IMG/VR virus record: IMGVR_UViG_3300042260_000337
Length of the DNA stretch: 64,000 bases
Reading direction: 5' to 3' (one strand)
Origin: a virus
Lineage: Duplodnaviria; Caudoviricetes
Shown: positions 49,117-58,270 of the stretch, piece by piece
Position numbering within the stretch: position 1 is the stretch's first letter
Layout of the letters: every line of letters begins with the position of its first letter
The notes under the pieces: model-generated
The model's input: the letters and a program-made list of their open reading frames with translations, nothing else
What the model was told of the DNA's origin: nothing
The model's database searches: none
Translations under genes and position numbers: made by a program

Positions 49117-49922
49117 GCAACCGACCAAGAATAGACCCACTCACCGAACAAGTGTTGAATGAGTATAACCTTTACTACTACGAATGTCCGTTGAATGAAA
49201 TCCCGTTTCAGTCATGTGGCAGCAAAGAGTATATTCCAGATGATACCATACTGTTTCATTATCGCAATCTGAACTATCACTTGTTGTCATACACAAACTA
49301 TTTCAAGCCAATCATTGGAAATATAGTGAGAACTGGATGCTGGTTGGTGACGGATATGACAAGAAATGGAATACAGAGTCCACTCAGTATGTTTGAAACA
49401 CATGTCCATCCTGGAAAAAAAAGATATATGGTTGCAAACTATTTACAGGTTGACAGAGTTCCAATATTGTGGCAAACTAAACAGTCGCATCCTACCTATC
49501 AAAAAGTATCAAACATGTCAGACCTTTCGGATGTATACAAAAACAACTTTAGCACTCGTGTTGAAGTGTATGAAAATGAAATGAAGTTAGAATGTAGCTG
49601 GCATGGCGCTACCAACAGCCGCGATGCCAAGGGGTATGACAACTGGTGGAAGATAAGCAATGAATCTATAGGTTCAAACGTTATACTTGACTACATCACT
49701 CGCTACGGTGTTCGCATCAATGACACCAGTGTTCCATTTTATATATTGGTGGATGATGACCTTCATTTTGATTGGTGGCAGTTGTATTTTCATTTTGACC
49801 CAACTGTATATCGCAAAGTGTGTAAGACTGGTAAAATAGAAATCATAAATACCTTTGCAAATAACAAAGAAACTATTTACGATTGTAACCTTATGAAAAC
49901 TCTATTGCGGCCAAATTTATGA
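49101..49922 (+). CDS. Hypothetical protein (273 aa)
   Basis: Coupled ORF. 'HPGKKRYMVA' faintly recalls a ParB/Srx-like motif (weak). Confidence 0.6.
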   Translation: MFEDISNRPRIDPLTEQVLNEYNLYYYECPLNEIPFQSCGSKEYIPDDTILFHYRNLNYHLLSYTNYFKPIIGNIVRTGCWLVTDMTRNGIQSPLSMFETHVHPGKKRYMVANYLQVDRVPILWQTKQSHPTYQKVSNMSDLSDVYKNNFSTRVEVYENEMKLECSWHGATNSRDAKGYDNWWKISNESIGSNVILDYITRYGVRINDTSVPFYILVDDDLHFDWWQLYFHFDPTVYRKVCKTGKIEIINTFANNKETIYDCNLMKTLLRPNL

Positions 49923-50545
49923 ATAAATCAAACTCATTAGAACATTTGTTTCCACTTCACCTTTTAATGAAACGAAAGTCCGAGTTTAGGACAGTAATTG
50001 ATGTTGGCGTGAATAAGATTCGATACTTGGAGTTTTATAGCCAATATTTTGACAACGTAATAGGAGTGGAGCCAAATCCTATTACATATAGTGAAATGTC
50101 AAACTGGTTACCAAGTAATGTTAGATTGGATGGCATATGTCTATCTAATATTTCTAACGTTACTACCTTTTATGGATGCATGTTGGATTCTGGTTATAGC
50201 ACGATGATACGAGATAGATATAATCAACTCATTGAAGACGGCGAGTTTTCTAAAGACGATTTTATTGAATATCATATTCCAACCGATAAGATTGATAATA
50301 TTTACAAGAATGAAAATTCAGTTGACCTTATTAAAATTGATGCAGAATATGAAGATATAAACATATTTCTAGGTGCGATTGACTTGGTGAATAGGAATAG
50401 ACCTATAATTCAAATTGAACACATAGAACATCATATTAACACTGATGTGTTTTTTGATACGATTAAAGAAATTAACTATGTTGAGATAAAACCATACTTT
50501 GAAAGTAGAAATTATTTTTTCATACCGAAAGAAGATATTATATGA
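49919..50545 (+). CDS. FkbM-family methyltransferase
   Basis: 'VIDVGVN', 'GVEPNP', 'LIKIDAE', 'RPIIQIE'. Confidence 0.8.
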   Translation: MNKSNSLEHLFPLHLLMKRKSEFRTVIDVGVNKIRYLEFYSQYFDNVIGVEPNPITYSEMSNWLPSNVRLDGICLSNISNVTTFYGCMLDSGYSTMIRDRYNQLIEDGEFSKDDFIEYHIPTDKIDNIYKNENSVDLIKIDAEYEDINIFLGAIDLVNRNRPIIQIEHIEHHINTDVFFDTIKEINYVEIKPYFESRNYFFIPKEDII

Positions 50546-51948
50546 GCAATGAATATCCCAGTAAAACATTTTGTGCCTTGCCGTGGGTTCACCTAAGCAC
50601 CAGACCTGATGGTTCAATGCGAGTGTGTTGCACCGCAAACGCATCAAGTGTTGGCCCAACGAATGACAAAGAACATGGTGGTATGGTTGGTGTCCTCAAA
50701 GATGATATGGGAAAGCCAAGTAACCTCAACGTAACCGATTTCCTTACCAGTTGGAACAGCACGTATATGAAGAACGTGCGAAGACAAATGATGAATGGTG
50801 AAATACCGCCATCTTGCACCAAATGCTTCAAGGAAGAAGCCGCTGGCCACAATTCAAAAAGAATGTGGGAAACCAATTATTGGTCACAACGTGTTGACAT
50901 AAAACAACTGGTTGCCGATACAACTCCAGATGGTGAAGTTCCGCCGAAACTATCCTATATTGATTTAAGATTTGGAACAAAGTGCCAACTTGCTTGTGTC
51001 ATGTGCAGTCCACATGATAGTAGCAGTTGGATCAAAGACTGGATGGTGATACACCCACAAATTCAGAACCCATCCCTAAAAGAAAACACTCAGTGGGCAG
51101 ACAAAGGTTCCATCAACGGCAGTAGCTACAACTGGCACAGAAACAATCCTGTGTTCTGGCAGCAGTTTTATGAACAAATTCCAAATATGCAGCAAATTTA
51201 TTTCGCTGGTGGAGAAAGTCTTATCATTGATGAGCACTATGAGATATTGGAAGAATGTATTCGTCAGGGTCATGCCAAGAACTTAGAGCTACGATATAAC
51301 TCAAACGGCGTTGAATGGAGAGAAGACCTCTTTGACCTGTGGAAAGAGTTCAAACTGGTTCGCTTTCATTATTCCGTTGATAGTATTGGCGACATGAATA
51401 GTTATATTCGTTACCCAAGTGAATGGAAACGAACAGAAGAAGTATTTCATATCCTTGATAACGAAACCCCAGACCATGTAGAAATAACTGTAGCTTGTGC
51501 TGTGCAAGCACTCAACATATACTATCTGCCAGACTTTATCAAGTGGAAATTAGAACAAAACTTTAAGAAAATCAACATGTGGCCATTCGGCGCTGGCGGC
51601 ATAAACTATCACTTTGTGTATCATCCGCCTCACCTGAACGTCAAAGTGTTGCCAGCTTGGTTCAAAGCAGAGTGCCGTAAAAAATATGAAGAGTTTTATC
51701 CTTGGTGGGAAGAAAACTGGGAAAAAGGTATACCAGAATGGCATCGCGGTAAAGTCACGTTTGACATGTGGAAGAACGCTGGATATGGATTGAAGCGGTT
51801 AGAAGGAATGCTTCAATTTATGGAGAGTGAGGATTGGAGCAATCGCCTACCAGAGATGGAAGAATTTTTGAAGTTGTGTGACCGTCAACGCAATCAATCT
51901 TTTTCTGCTACATTCCCAGAAATGAAGGATATATTCAAATATGACTGA
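50542..51948 (+). CDS. Radical SAM protein 10 with N-terminal twitch-type domain
   Basis: N-terminal 'FCALPW...VCC...CTKC'; 'CQLACVMC', 'FAGGE'. Confidence 0.92.
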   Translation: MSNEYPSKTFCALPWVHLSTRPDGSMRVCCTANASSVGPTNDKEHGGMVGVLKDDMGKPSNLNVTDFLTSWNSTYMKNVRRQMMNGEIPPSCTKCFKEEAAGHNSKRMWETNYWSQRVDIKQLVADTTPDGEVPPKLSYIDLRFGTKCQLACVMCSPHDSSSWIKDWMVIHPQIQNPSLKENTQWADKGSINGSSYNWHRNNPVFWQQFYEQIPNMQQIYFAGGESLIIDEHYEILEECIRQGHAKNLELRYNSNGVEWREDLFDLWKEFKLVRFHYSVDSIGDMNSYIRYPSEWKRTEEVFHILDNETPDHVEITVACAVQALNIYYLPDFIKWKLEQNFKKINMWPFGAGGINYHFVYHPPHLNVKVLPAWFKAECRKKYEEFYPWWEENWEKGIPEWHRGKVTFDMWKNAGYGLKRLEGMLQFMESEDWSNRLPEMEEFLKLCDRQRNQSFSATFPEMKDIFKYD

Positions 51949-53257
51949 TAGATTGCATTGCCCAATGAGTTATGCGGTGTATAAGTTCCAACCAGAAATT
52001 GGAGAATTTTCCGCTTGCTGTGACGCAGTTGTGTATAAATTCAATAAAGACTGGTTTGAAGAATTGGGGCCAGATTATTTTGAAAAGTTTCCAACTCTTA
52101 TCGACCGTAAAAAAGCATTATACAATGACGAGCGGCACATTGACTGCAAGCAATGTTGGGAAAAAGAAGACATCGGACTTCGTAGTATGCGTCAAATATT
52201 TGGACCACGGTATACGAGTTTACATAATAACCGAAATTTGTTAGTTGACAAGGCATACGTGTCGCGTGTGGAATTATGGATGAACTCTACTTGTAATGTC
52301 GGATGCTTTATGTGCAACTTGGGTAACAGTAACACTCTTCGAAAAATATGGAGTGACACGTTTGATTCAAATGGTCACGATGGAAAAGGGTATGATAGTT
52401 GGATAAACCAAAACAACTACCAAACGGACTATAGAGAAACGTTCACTGGATACATGATAGACTTTGCAGTCAATGCATTAAAAAATGCAGAGCATGGAAT
52501 GAATATCGCTTATTTGGGTGGAGAGCCGACACTTCACAATGAAATGTATGACCATGCTGACATTTTTATTGAGGCAGCAAAAGAAAATGTGAAACTAGGA
52601 AAAGATTTCATAATACAGATTGTGACAAATGGAACTAGTAAACCAAAATTGAACGAACGGTTCATGGGGATGTTTCAGAAGTATAAAGAAGCTGGTTGGA
52701 ATACATCCATAATGTTGAGCCAAGATGCGGCAGACAAATATGTTGATGTGCGACATGGTTCAGACTTCAACGCAATAAAAAACAATTTTTCATCTTGGAT
52801 ATCTGCCAATAGCCTTATTGACAGCATAAAAAGTCATACGGTAATTAGTAATTTGAACCTTCCGTATATGGACAACATGGCAAGATACTTGCATGATACC
52901 ATTTTAAATAATTACATTGGCGATAGAGAATTAGAAATAAACTTTAATACATTGACACATCCTAAATGGATGCATTTAAAATATCTTCCACGAAAATATG
53001 CTGAAACTCAGATACTAAATGCAAAAGATATTCTGACAACGGTAAAATCTGAATTTGGTATAAGGATTAACACAGAAGTATTTGATGAGATATTAAGAGT
53101 ATTGCCCGAACAAATATCCCAAGACGATGCAGAAATGATTTTTTCTAAATACAAATATGTTGCAGCACAATACAAAAAAGTGTATAATGGTTGGGATTTC
53201 TTTGAAACATTTGAACACTTAAAACCATTTGCAGAAGAGTATGGAATAGATATATGA
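51941..53257 (+). CDS. Radical SAM protein 11 with N-terminal twitch-type domain
   Basis: N-terminal 'HCP...ACC...CKQCW'; 'CNVGCFMC', 'LGGEPT'. Confidence 0.88.
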   Translation: MTDRLHCPMSYAVYKFQPEIGEFSACCDAVVYKFNKDWFEELGPDYFEKFPTLIDRKKALYNDERHIDCKQCWEKEDIGLRSMRQIFGPRYTSLHNNRNLLVDKAYVSRVELWMNSTCNVGCFMCNLGNSNTLRKIWSDTFDSNGHDGKGYDSWINQNNYQTDYRETFTGYMIDFAVNALKNAEHGMNIAYLGGEPTLHNEMYDHADIFIEAAKENVKLGKDFIIQIVTNGTSKPKLNERFMGMFQKYKEAGWNTSIMLSQDAADKYVDVRHGSDFNAIKNNFSSWISANSLIDSIKSHTVISNLNLPYMDNMARYLHDTILNNYIGDRELEINFNTLTHPKWMHLKYLPRKYAETQILNAKDILTTVKSEFGIRINTEVFDEILRVLPEQISQDDAEMIFSKYKYVAAQYKKVYNGWDFFETFEHLKPFAEEYGIDI

Positions 53258-54465
53258 GTTTTTGCGCTATAAACGACAAAACCGAAAAGAAACTGATGGT
53301 GATATGGGACTTAGGCAGAAAATGCACATATGCCTGTAGCTATTGCCCGCCACATAGAAAGAATAGTTGGAGTGCGGTTGCAAGTTTTGAAGAACTGAAA
53401 AAGACCGCTGATGACTTGGAGCGATACAGCGAGTTGTTGAATGAGTATCGAGACACTCCGTTTCGAGTCTCTGCCAGCTTCACTGGCGGCGAACCAACAG
53501 TAAACCCTGCGTTCTTTGATTTCTTGGTATACCTTCAGGAAAAATACCCACACTGGAACCGAACACTGACCACCAACGGATTTTACTCAGAGAGAAAACT
53601 TCGTTTGGTTATGAAGAACACTAACTTCACAACCCTAAGTTACCACTGTGAAGGCTCACCCGAACAAAAGAAGCGTGTCCGAGAAAACATCAAGATTATG
53701 GTGGAAGAAGGATACGGCTTCAAGGTAAACGTTATGTTTCATGAGCGCCAAGATTATTTTGATGAGTGCGTTGAACTCTGTAAATGGTTTGACGAAATGG
53801 GTGTGAAGTATATCCCGCGTATTATTGGTGACCAAGGCGACATCAAACAAGGTCTAAAAGACAAGACAGTTCATACATATACCGCCGACCAAATGAAATG
53901 GTTTACTGACTATTGGAATGCCAAAAATGGCAAGAAGGTGGAAAGTAAAATCGGCATACCAAACGAAAAGGTAGTGGGACAGACTATCGGACGCCCATGC
54001 TGCGGCGATAGGAAGATGGAAATTCTTGACAACGATGAATGGGTCCAAACTAAGTTTATCACCAACAACAACTTCCAAGGATGGAGTTGTATGATTAACT
54101 GGTATTTCCTGTATATTCACCAAGAGATCGACAAGATTTGGTTTCACCAGACTTGTCAAGTGAATCTTAATGGCGAAGTGAACCCCATATGCAACGTGAG
54201 TAATTTTGGGACTTTTATTGATGGCATGGAAACTCAAATGAAATCTGGTAGCATACCTTACATACGATGCCCAAAGACACACTGTGGTTGCGGTCTATGC
54301 GTTCCGAAAGCAAAAACAAATGATGTTGCGTTGGCACTATTCAAGTCTCATACAAAGAATATACAGCCTGAACTTATGGAAACAAAAGACCATCAAAATG
54401 ATTTGGGTTCGCTGAAGCACATGGTTGAATTGTATGACAAATCAAATGGCAACGAGACAATATAA
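53254..54465 (+). CDS. Radical SAM protein 12 with C-terminal Cys-rich SPASM-like domain
   Basis: 'WDLGRKCTYACSYC', 'FTGGEPT'; C-terminal 'GWSC...TC...CPKTHCGCGLC'. Confidence 0.9.
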   Translation: MSFCAINDKTEKKLMVIWDLGRKCTYACSYCPPHRKNSWSAVASFEELKKTADDLERYSELLNEYRDTPFRVSASFTGGEPTVNPAFFDFLVYLQEKYPHWNRTLTTNGFYSERKLRLVMKNTNFTTLSYHCEGSPEQKKRVRENIKIMVEEGYGFKVNVMFHERQDYFDECVELCKWFDEMGVKYIPRIIGDQGDIKQGLKDKTVHTYTADQMKWFTDYWNAKNGKKVESKIGIPNEKVVGQTIGRPCCGDRKMEILDNDEWVQTKFITNNNFQGWSCMINWYFLYIHQEIDKIWFHQTCQVNLNGEVNPICNVSNFGTFIDGMETQMKSGSIPYIRCPKTHCGCGLCVPKAKTNDVALALFKSHTKNIQPELMETKDHQNDLGSLKHMVELYDKSNGNETI

Positions 54466-54476
54466 TAGGAGATAGG

Positions 54477-55178
54477 ATGATACTTGAATGCGAAATATCT
54501 GGGCAAAAGATTGACTTTGATATACCAGAAAAATATAAGAAGATAGGCGTAAATTGTAGTGGCGGCGCAGACAGTAGTATTCTCCTGTTGATGGTAATTC
54601 AATACCTTGTTGATAACAACCGAACTGATACTACGGTATCCGTTACAACTTGTTCTAATGACAAGAAGGGTAGATGGAACGGTAGACGTGCTGCTGATGT
54701 AATTGAATACGCAATGAACAAGACCAAGTTTCAAAACTTCGATTTGCATTATACATATTATCGTGACGTTCAAGACGAGAAATACTTTCATGAGGTAGAA
54801 AACAAGCTATTTTCTGATGGCAGAGTAGATATGTTCGTTAGTGGAATAACGAGTAACCCACCTATCGGGGAAACGGTTGAAAACATCAAAGGTCAGACGA
54901 TTGTGTTGTCTGATGATATGCTTCCGTCTAGGAATGGCACTAACCACCAACTATGGTATTACGATAATGCAAAAGCATTTTACACTCCATATGCCAACGT
55001 TGATAAAAGATTTGTCGCGTCTATGTATAATAAATATGACGCAAATGATTTGTTTGATTTGACTCGTAGTTGTGAGTCAATCCCCGACGAAGGGGAAGAC
55101 ATATCAGTTTTTGAAAAGACACCATGTGGTAAGTGCTGGTGGTGTTTAGAACGTAAATGGGCATTTGGGAGATTCTAA
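54477..55178 (+). CDS. QueC-like PP-loop ATP pyrophosphatase (copy 1)
   Basis: PP-loop 'VNCSGGADSS'; 'LTRSCE', 'CGKCWWCLERKWAFG'. Confidence 0.75.
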   Translation: MILECEISGQKIDFDIPEKYKKIGVNCSGGADSSILLLMVIQYLVDNNRTDTTVSVTTCSNDKKGRWNGRRAADVIEYAMNKTKFQNFDLHYTYYRDVQDEKYFHEVENKLFSDGRVDMFVSGITSNPPIGETVENIKGQTIVLSDDMLPSRNGTNHQLWYYDNAKAFYTPYANVDKRFVASMYNKYDANDLFDLTRSCESIPDEGEDISVFEKTPCGKCWWCLERKWAFGRF

Positions 55179-55891
55179 TGAGTTTGGTTCTTACAGGAAA
55201 AAGTGGAGAGACCGTAGAAATCGTTCTACTTCCGAAATACAAAAAGGTTGCAGTAAATTGTAGCGGCGGTGCAGATAGTAGTATACTCCTATATATTCTT
55301 GCCAAATACATAAAGGATAACAATCTTGATGTCAAGTTGAGTGTGTTGACATGCAGCACCGATGTAAAAGATCGTTGGACTGGCAGAAAAGCAGAACTTG
55401 TTACCAATTACATAATTGAAAATGTTGGTTCTGGAATAATAGATATGCATTATATCTATTTCAGAGAACGACCAAAACTTGAAGATTTCCATGAAATAGA
55501 AAATTCGTTGTTTTCTGATGGTAGAGCGCACCTAATCGTAAGTGGTATAACATCGAACCCGCCAGATGGGGCATCGGTAGAAGATATTGACGGCAACACA
55601 ATAGACTTGTCTTTGGGAGCGCAAGCAAACAGAAATGGGTCGGACCATGACATATGGCATATTTCTACCGATGGCAAAGGAGACTTTTGGAGTCCATTTG
55701 CGAATGTGGATAAGAAGTTCATAGCAGACCAGTATGATGCGTATGGAGTGAGAGACACGCTTCTTCCTCTCACACGAAGCTGCGAAAAGAAAACTCCATT
55801 GGATGCAAAGTTTGACCCAATGTTTGAGGAAACTCCTTGTGGCATTTGTTGGTGGTGCTTAGAACGAAAGTGGGCATTCGGGTATTTCTGA
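55178..55891 (+). CDS. QueC-like PP-loop ATP pyrophosphatase (copy 2)
   Basis: 'VNCSGGADSS', 'LTRSCE', 'CGICWWCLERKWAFG'; ATG 55178 in a TAATG overlap. Confidence 0.75.
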   Translation: MSLVLTGKSGETVEIVLLPKYKKVAVNCSGGADSSILLYILAKYIKDNNLDVKLSVLTCSTDVKDRWTGRKAELVTNYIIENVGSGIIDMHYIYFRERPKLEDFHEIENSLFSDGRAHLIVSGITSNPPDGASVEDIDGNTIDLSLGAQANRNGSDHDIWHISTDGKGDFWSPFANVDKKFIADQYDAYGVRDTLLPLTRSCEKKTPLDAKFDPMFEETPCGICWWCLERKWAFGYF

Positions 55892-57096
55892 TGACTGATA
55901 AGCGTTATGTATGCAGCAAAATGTTCACAGATATGAACATAAAATTTCCATATAACTGTGTGAAAAATTGCTGCAAATCCAACGATTATGTATCTTCGGT
56001 AGAAGATTTGAAGTCTGATGATTTTTTTATTTTCAACACCGAATATATGCGCCGTAAAAAAGACATGGTTCTGAATAACCAACTTCCAACTGGTGGATGT
56101 GATACATGTATAAAAATGGGAGACCACAGTTTATTTGAAGAATGGAACGTGTGGGGACGTGATATGCAAGATGATCACGACATACTAGTAGATGATATGT
56201 TCAATACATACGAAATGGTGTTATCTAGTGCATGTGATTTGAAATGCATTTATTGTTCACCTAAAGATAGTTCAAGTTGGGCGAAAGAAAAGGGTGTTCC
56301 GCAAAACAAAGGAAATGATGAATGGAAACACCTAGTTATTTCTAAATTAATCTCATCATTGAAAACAAAAGTATTCAGAGACGATAACATATATACATTT
56401 TTTTTCAGTGGCGGCGAACCAACATATAACCCAGAAACATTGGATTTTGTGAATGAAATATTAAAATATGTTCCAACCGACCGAACACGAATTTGTATAA
56501 GCACCAATGCAAATACCAAACCTAAAGTATTCAAAAAATACTTGGATGCTATACAATCCGACTTGAGCGTGAATTGGATATTTGATTGCAGTATAGATGG
56601 AATCAAAGAAGTATGCGAGGCAATAAGATACGGTATTTCTTGGAACACAGCAATTAAAAACATAGAAGTATTACTTCAACAGCCAAACGTAACGGTCAGA
56701 ATATCTCCGACCGTAAATCTATACAGTGTTCCAACTATGAATGAATATATCAAATATTTTATTGAATTATTTGACAAATATGGTAAAATACATCACGAGA
56801 TGTTTAATTACAATATGGCACAAGAGTCGGGAATGTCTCCTGCTAACTTACCATCAGGGTATAAAAAATGTCTTGATGAACCAATTGAACAATTGAAAGA
56901 ATTGGGCATATCTTATTATGAACATTTAGAAAATGTAAGAAATATAATAGGAACTGACCACAACGAATATAAAACACAATGTATGAAAACTACATTTGAA
57001 TATTTCAAAACAAAACGCCCAACCACTAATTGGGAGGAATTATTTCCTCACATAGTAGATATAATAGGAAAAAATGACGGAAATAAACAAAGATAG
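55891..57096 (+). CDS. Radical SAM protein 13 with N-terminal twitch-type domain
   Basis: N-terminal 'VCSK...NCC...CDTC'; 'CDLKCIYC', 'FSGGEPT'. ATG 55891 in a TGATG overlap. Confidence 0.88.
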   Translation: MTDKRYVCSKMFTDMNIKFPYNCVKNCCKSNDYVSSVEDLKSDDFFIFNTEYMRRKKDMVLNNQLPTGGCDTCIKMGDHSLFEEWNVWGRDMQDDHDILVDDMFNTYEMVLSSACDLKCIYCSPKDSSSWAKEKGVPQNKGNDEWKHLVISKLISSLKTKVFRDDNIYTFFFSGGEPTYNPETLDFVNEILKYVPTDRTRICISTNANTKPKVFKKYLDAIQSDLSVNWIFDCSIDGIKEVCEAIRYGISWNTAIKNIEVLLQQPNVTVRISPTVNLYSVPTMNEYIKYFIELFDKYGKIHHEMFNYNMAQESGMSPANLPSGYKKCLDEPIEQLKELGISYYEHLENVRNIIGTDHNEYKTQCMKTTFEYFKTKRPTTNWEELFPHIVDIIGKNDGNKQR

Positions 57097-58243
57097 TCTG
57101 TATTGGTCGCAATACGATTTTACAAAAATACCATTTGACGACTTAGTTTCAGTGGGACAGAGAACCCTTCTCTATCGTGATTTGTTTTCGGTGAGTTGGC
57201 TACTTGGTAGGTTCTGTAACTACAAGTGTTCATATTGCTGGCCATATGCCAGAAGTGACAAAAAGGACCATCGCCCCACTGCCCTCTGTCTAGCTACTAT
57301 AGACGAAATAAAAAGACAGGCCAGAGATAACGGATTCAACAGCTTTCATTTCAGTCTATCGGGTGGCGAACCAACATTCCATCCTGGTTATTTAGATATG
57401 TTGGGTCACCTAGCAAATGATGTAGAAAATACAAACTTTACCAGTATTCATATGACTACAAACATGGCACGTAAGATGGATTGGCATCAAAAATATTGTG
57501 ATATTGCGGCTAAATTCAATCGTGCATCAATCACTGCGAGTTACCATAGTGAGTTCGCAGATAAAGACGAGTTCGTAGATAAACTGCATTTGTGTATGGA
57601 GCACGATGTTCAGGTAACAATCAATATGGTGTTGGTGCCTGAATGGTTTGATAGAGACTGGCAGAACGCACTGTATTTTCATGAGCGTGGAATAAACGTC
57701 ACGTTGAAACCACAAAGTGATACATCGGCCAGTAGGGTAGTAGATGGATACACGCCAGAACAACTTGCTATCATGCGCAATGGAATGCCCCAGAGAGACT
57801 ATACGAAGGCCATACAAGAGCAACGTGGCATCAAGGTAGTCAGACCCACACCGAAGCTAGGAAGCCTCTGGAAAGCCGATATGGAAGCAGGAGACGATAA
57901 GTCAGTTCCAGCTATGATGCAAGTTGAGTTTCAAGATAGCACTGGACAGAAGTGGTATATGGACCAAGCAGAACGATTCAATGCTTTTGGCTTCAACAAA
58001 TTCAAAGGATGGGAATGTTCTAGTGGATTTCGTGGCATCATCATCCGTGAGCCTGATGGGTCAATAAAGCGTTCATATAGCTGTTCTGACGAACCCCTTG
58101 GGTATATTGAAAGCGGGTTCAAGTTATTTGATTCCCCGAAACCTTGCATAAGTGAAAGCTGTGTATCAAGTGCAGATAGTAAAATACCGAAACGAAAGCC
58201 GGGAGCGAAAATTCCACTGTATCCAAAAGACCCTATAAAGTAA
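57074..58243 (+). CDS. Radical SAM protein 14 with C-terminal Cys-rich domain, related to rSAM12 and rSAM7
   Basis: 'WLLGRFCNYKCSYC', 'LSGGEPT'; C-terminal 'GWEC...SC...CISESCVS'. Confidence 0.9.
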   Translation: MTEINKDSLYWSQYDFTKIPFDDLVSVGQRTLLYRDLFSVSWLLGRFCNYKCSYCWPYARSDKKDHRPTALCLATIDEIKRQARDNGFNSFHFSLSGGEPTFHPGYLDMLGHLANDVENTNFTSIHMTTNMARKMDWHQKYCDIAAKFNRASITASYHSEFADKDEFVDKLHLCMEHDVQVTINMVLVPEWFDRDWQNALYFHERGINVTLKPQSDTSASRVVDGYTPEQLAIMRNGMPQRDYTKAIQEQRGIKVVRPTPKLGSLWKADMEAGDDKSVPAMMQVEFQDSTGQKWYMDQAERFNAFGFNKFKGWECSSGFRGIIIREPDGSIKRSYSCSDEPLGYIESGFKLFDSPKPCISESCVSSADSKIPKRKPGAKIPLYPKDPIK

Positions 58244-58270
58244 AAAGACCCCCAATTGGGGGTCTTTTTT
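58242..58270. terminator. Bidirectional intrinsic terminator AAAAAGACCCCC-AATT-GGGGGTCTTTTT
   Basis: Perfect inverted repeat with T-tails on both strands, between convergent rSAM14 and thymidylate synthase. Confidence 0.9.

Noticed and set aside
19426-58243. RiPP cluster (SPASM maturases with a precursor peptide)
   Set aside because: No leader-core precursor, RRE/PqqD domain, peptidase or exporter is recognised, and the sugar-enzyme context dominates. The 41-aa ORF lacks a typical core pattern.
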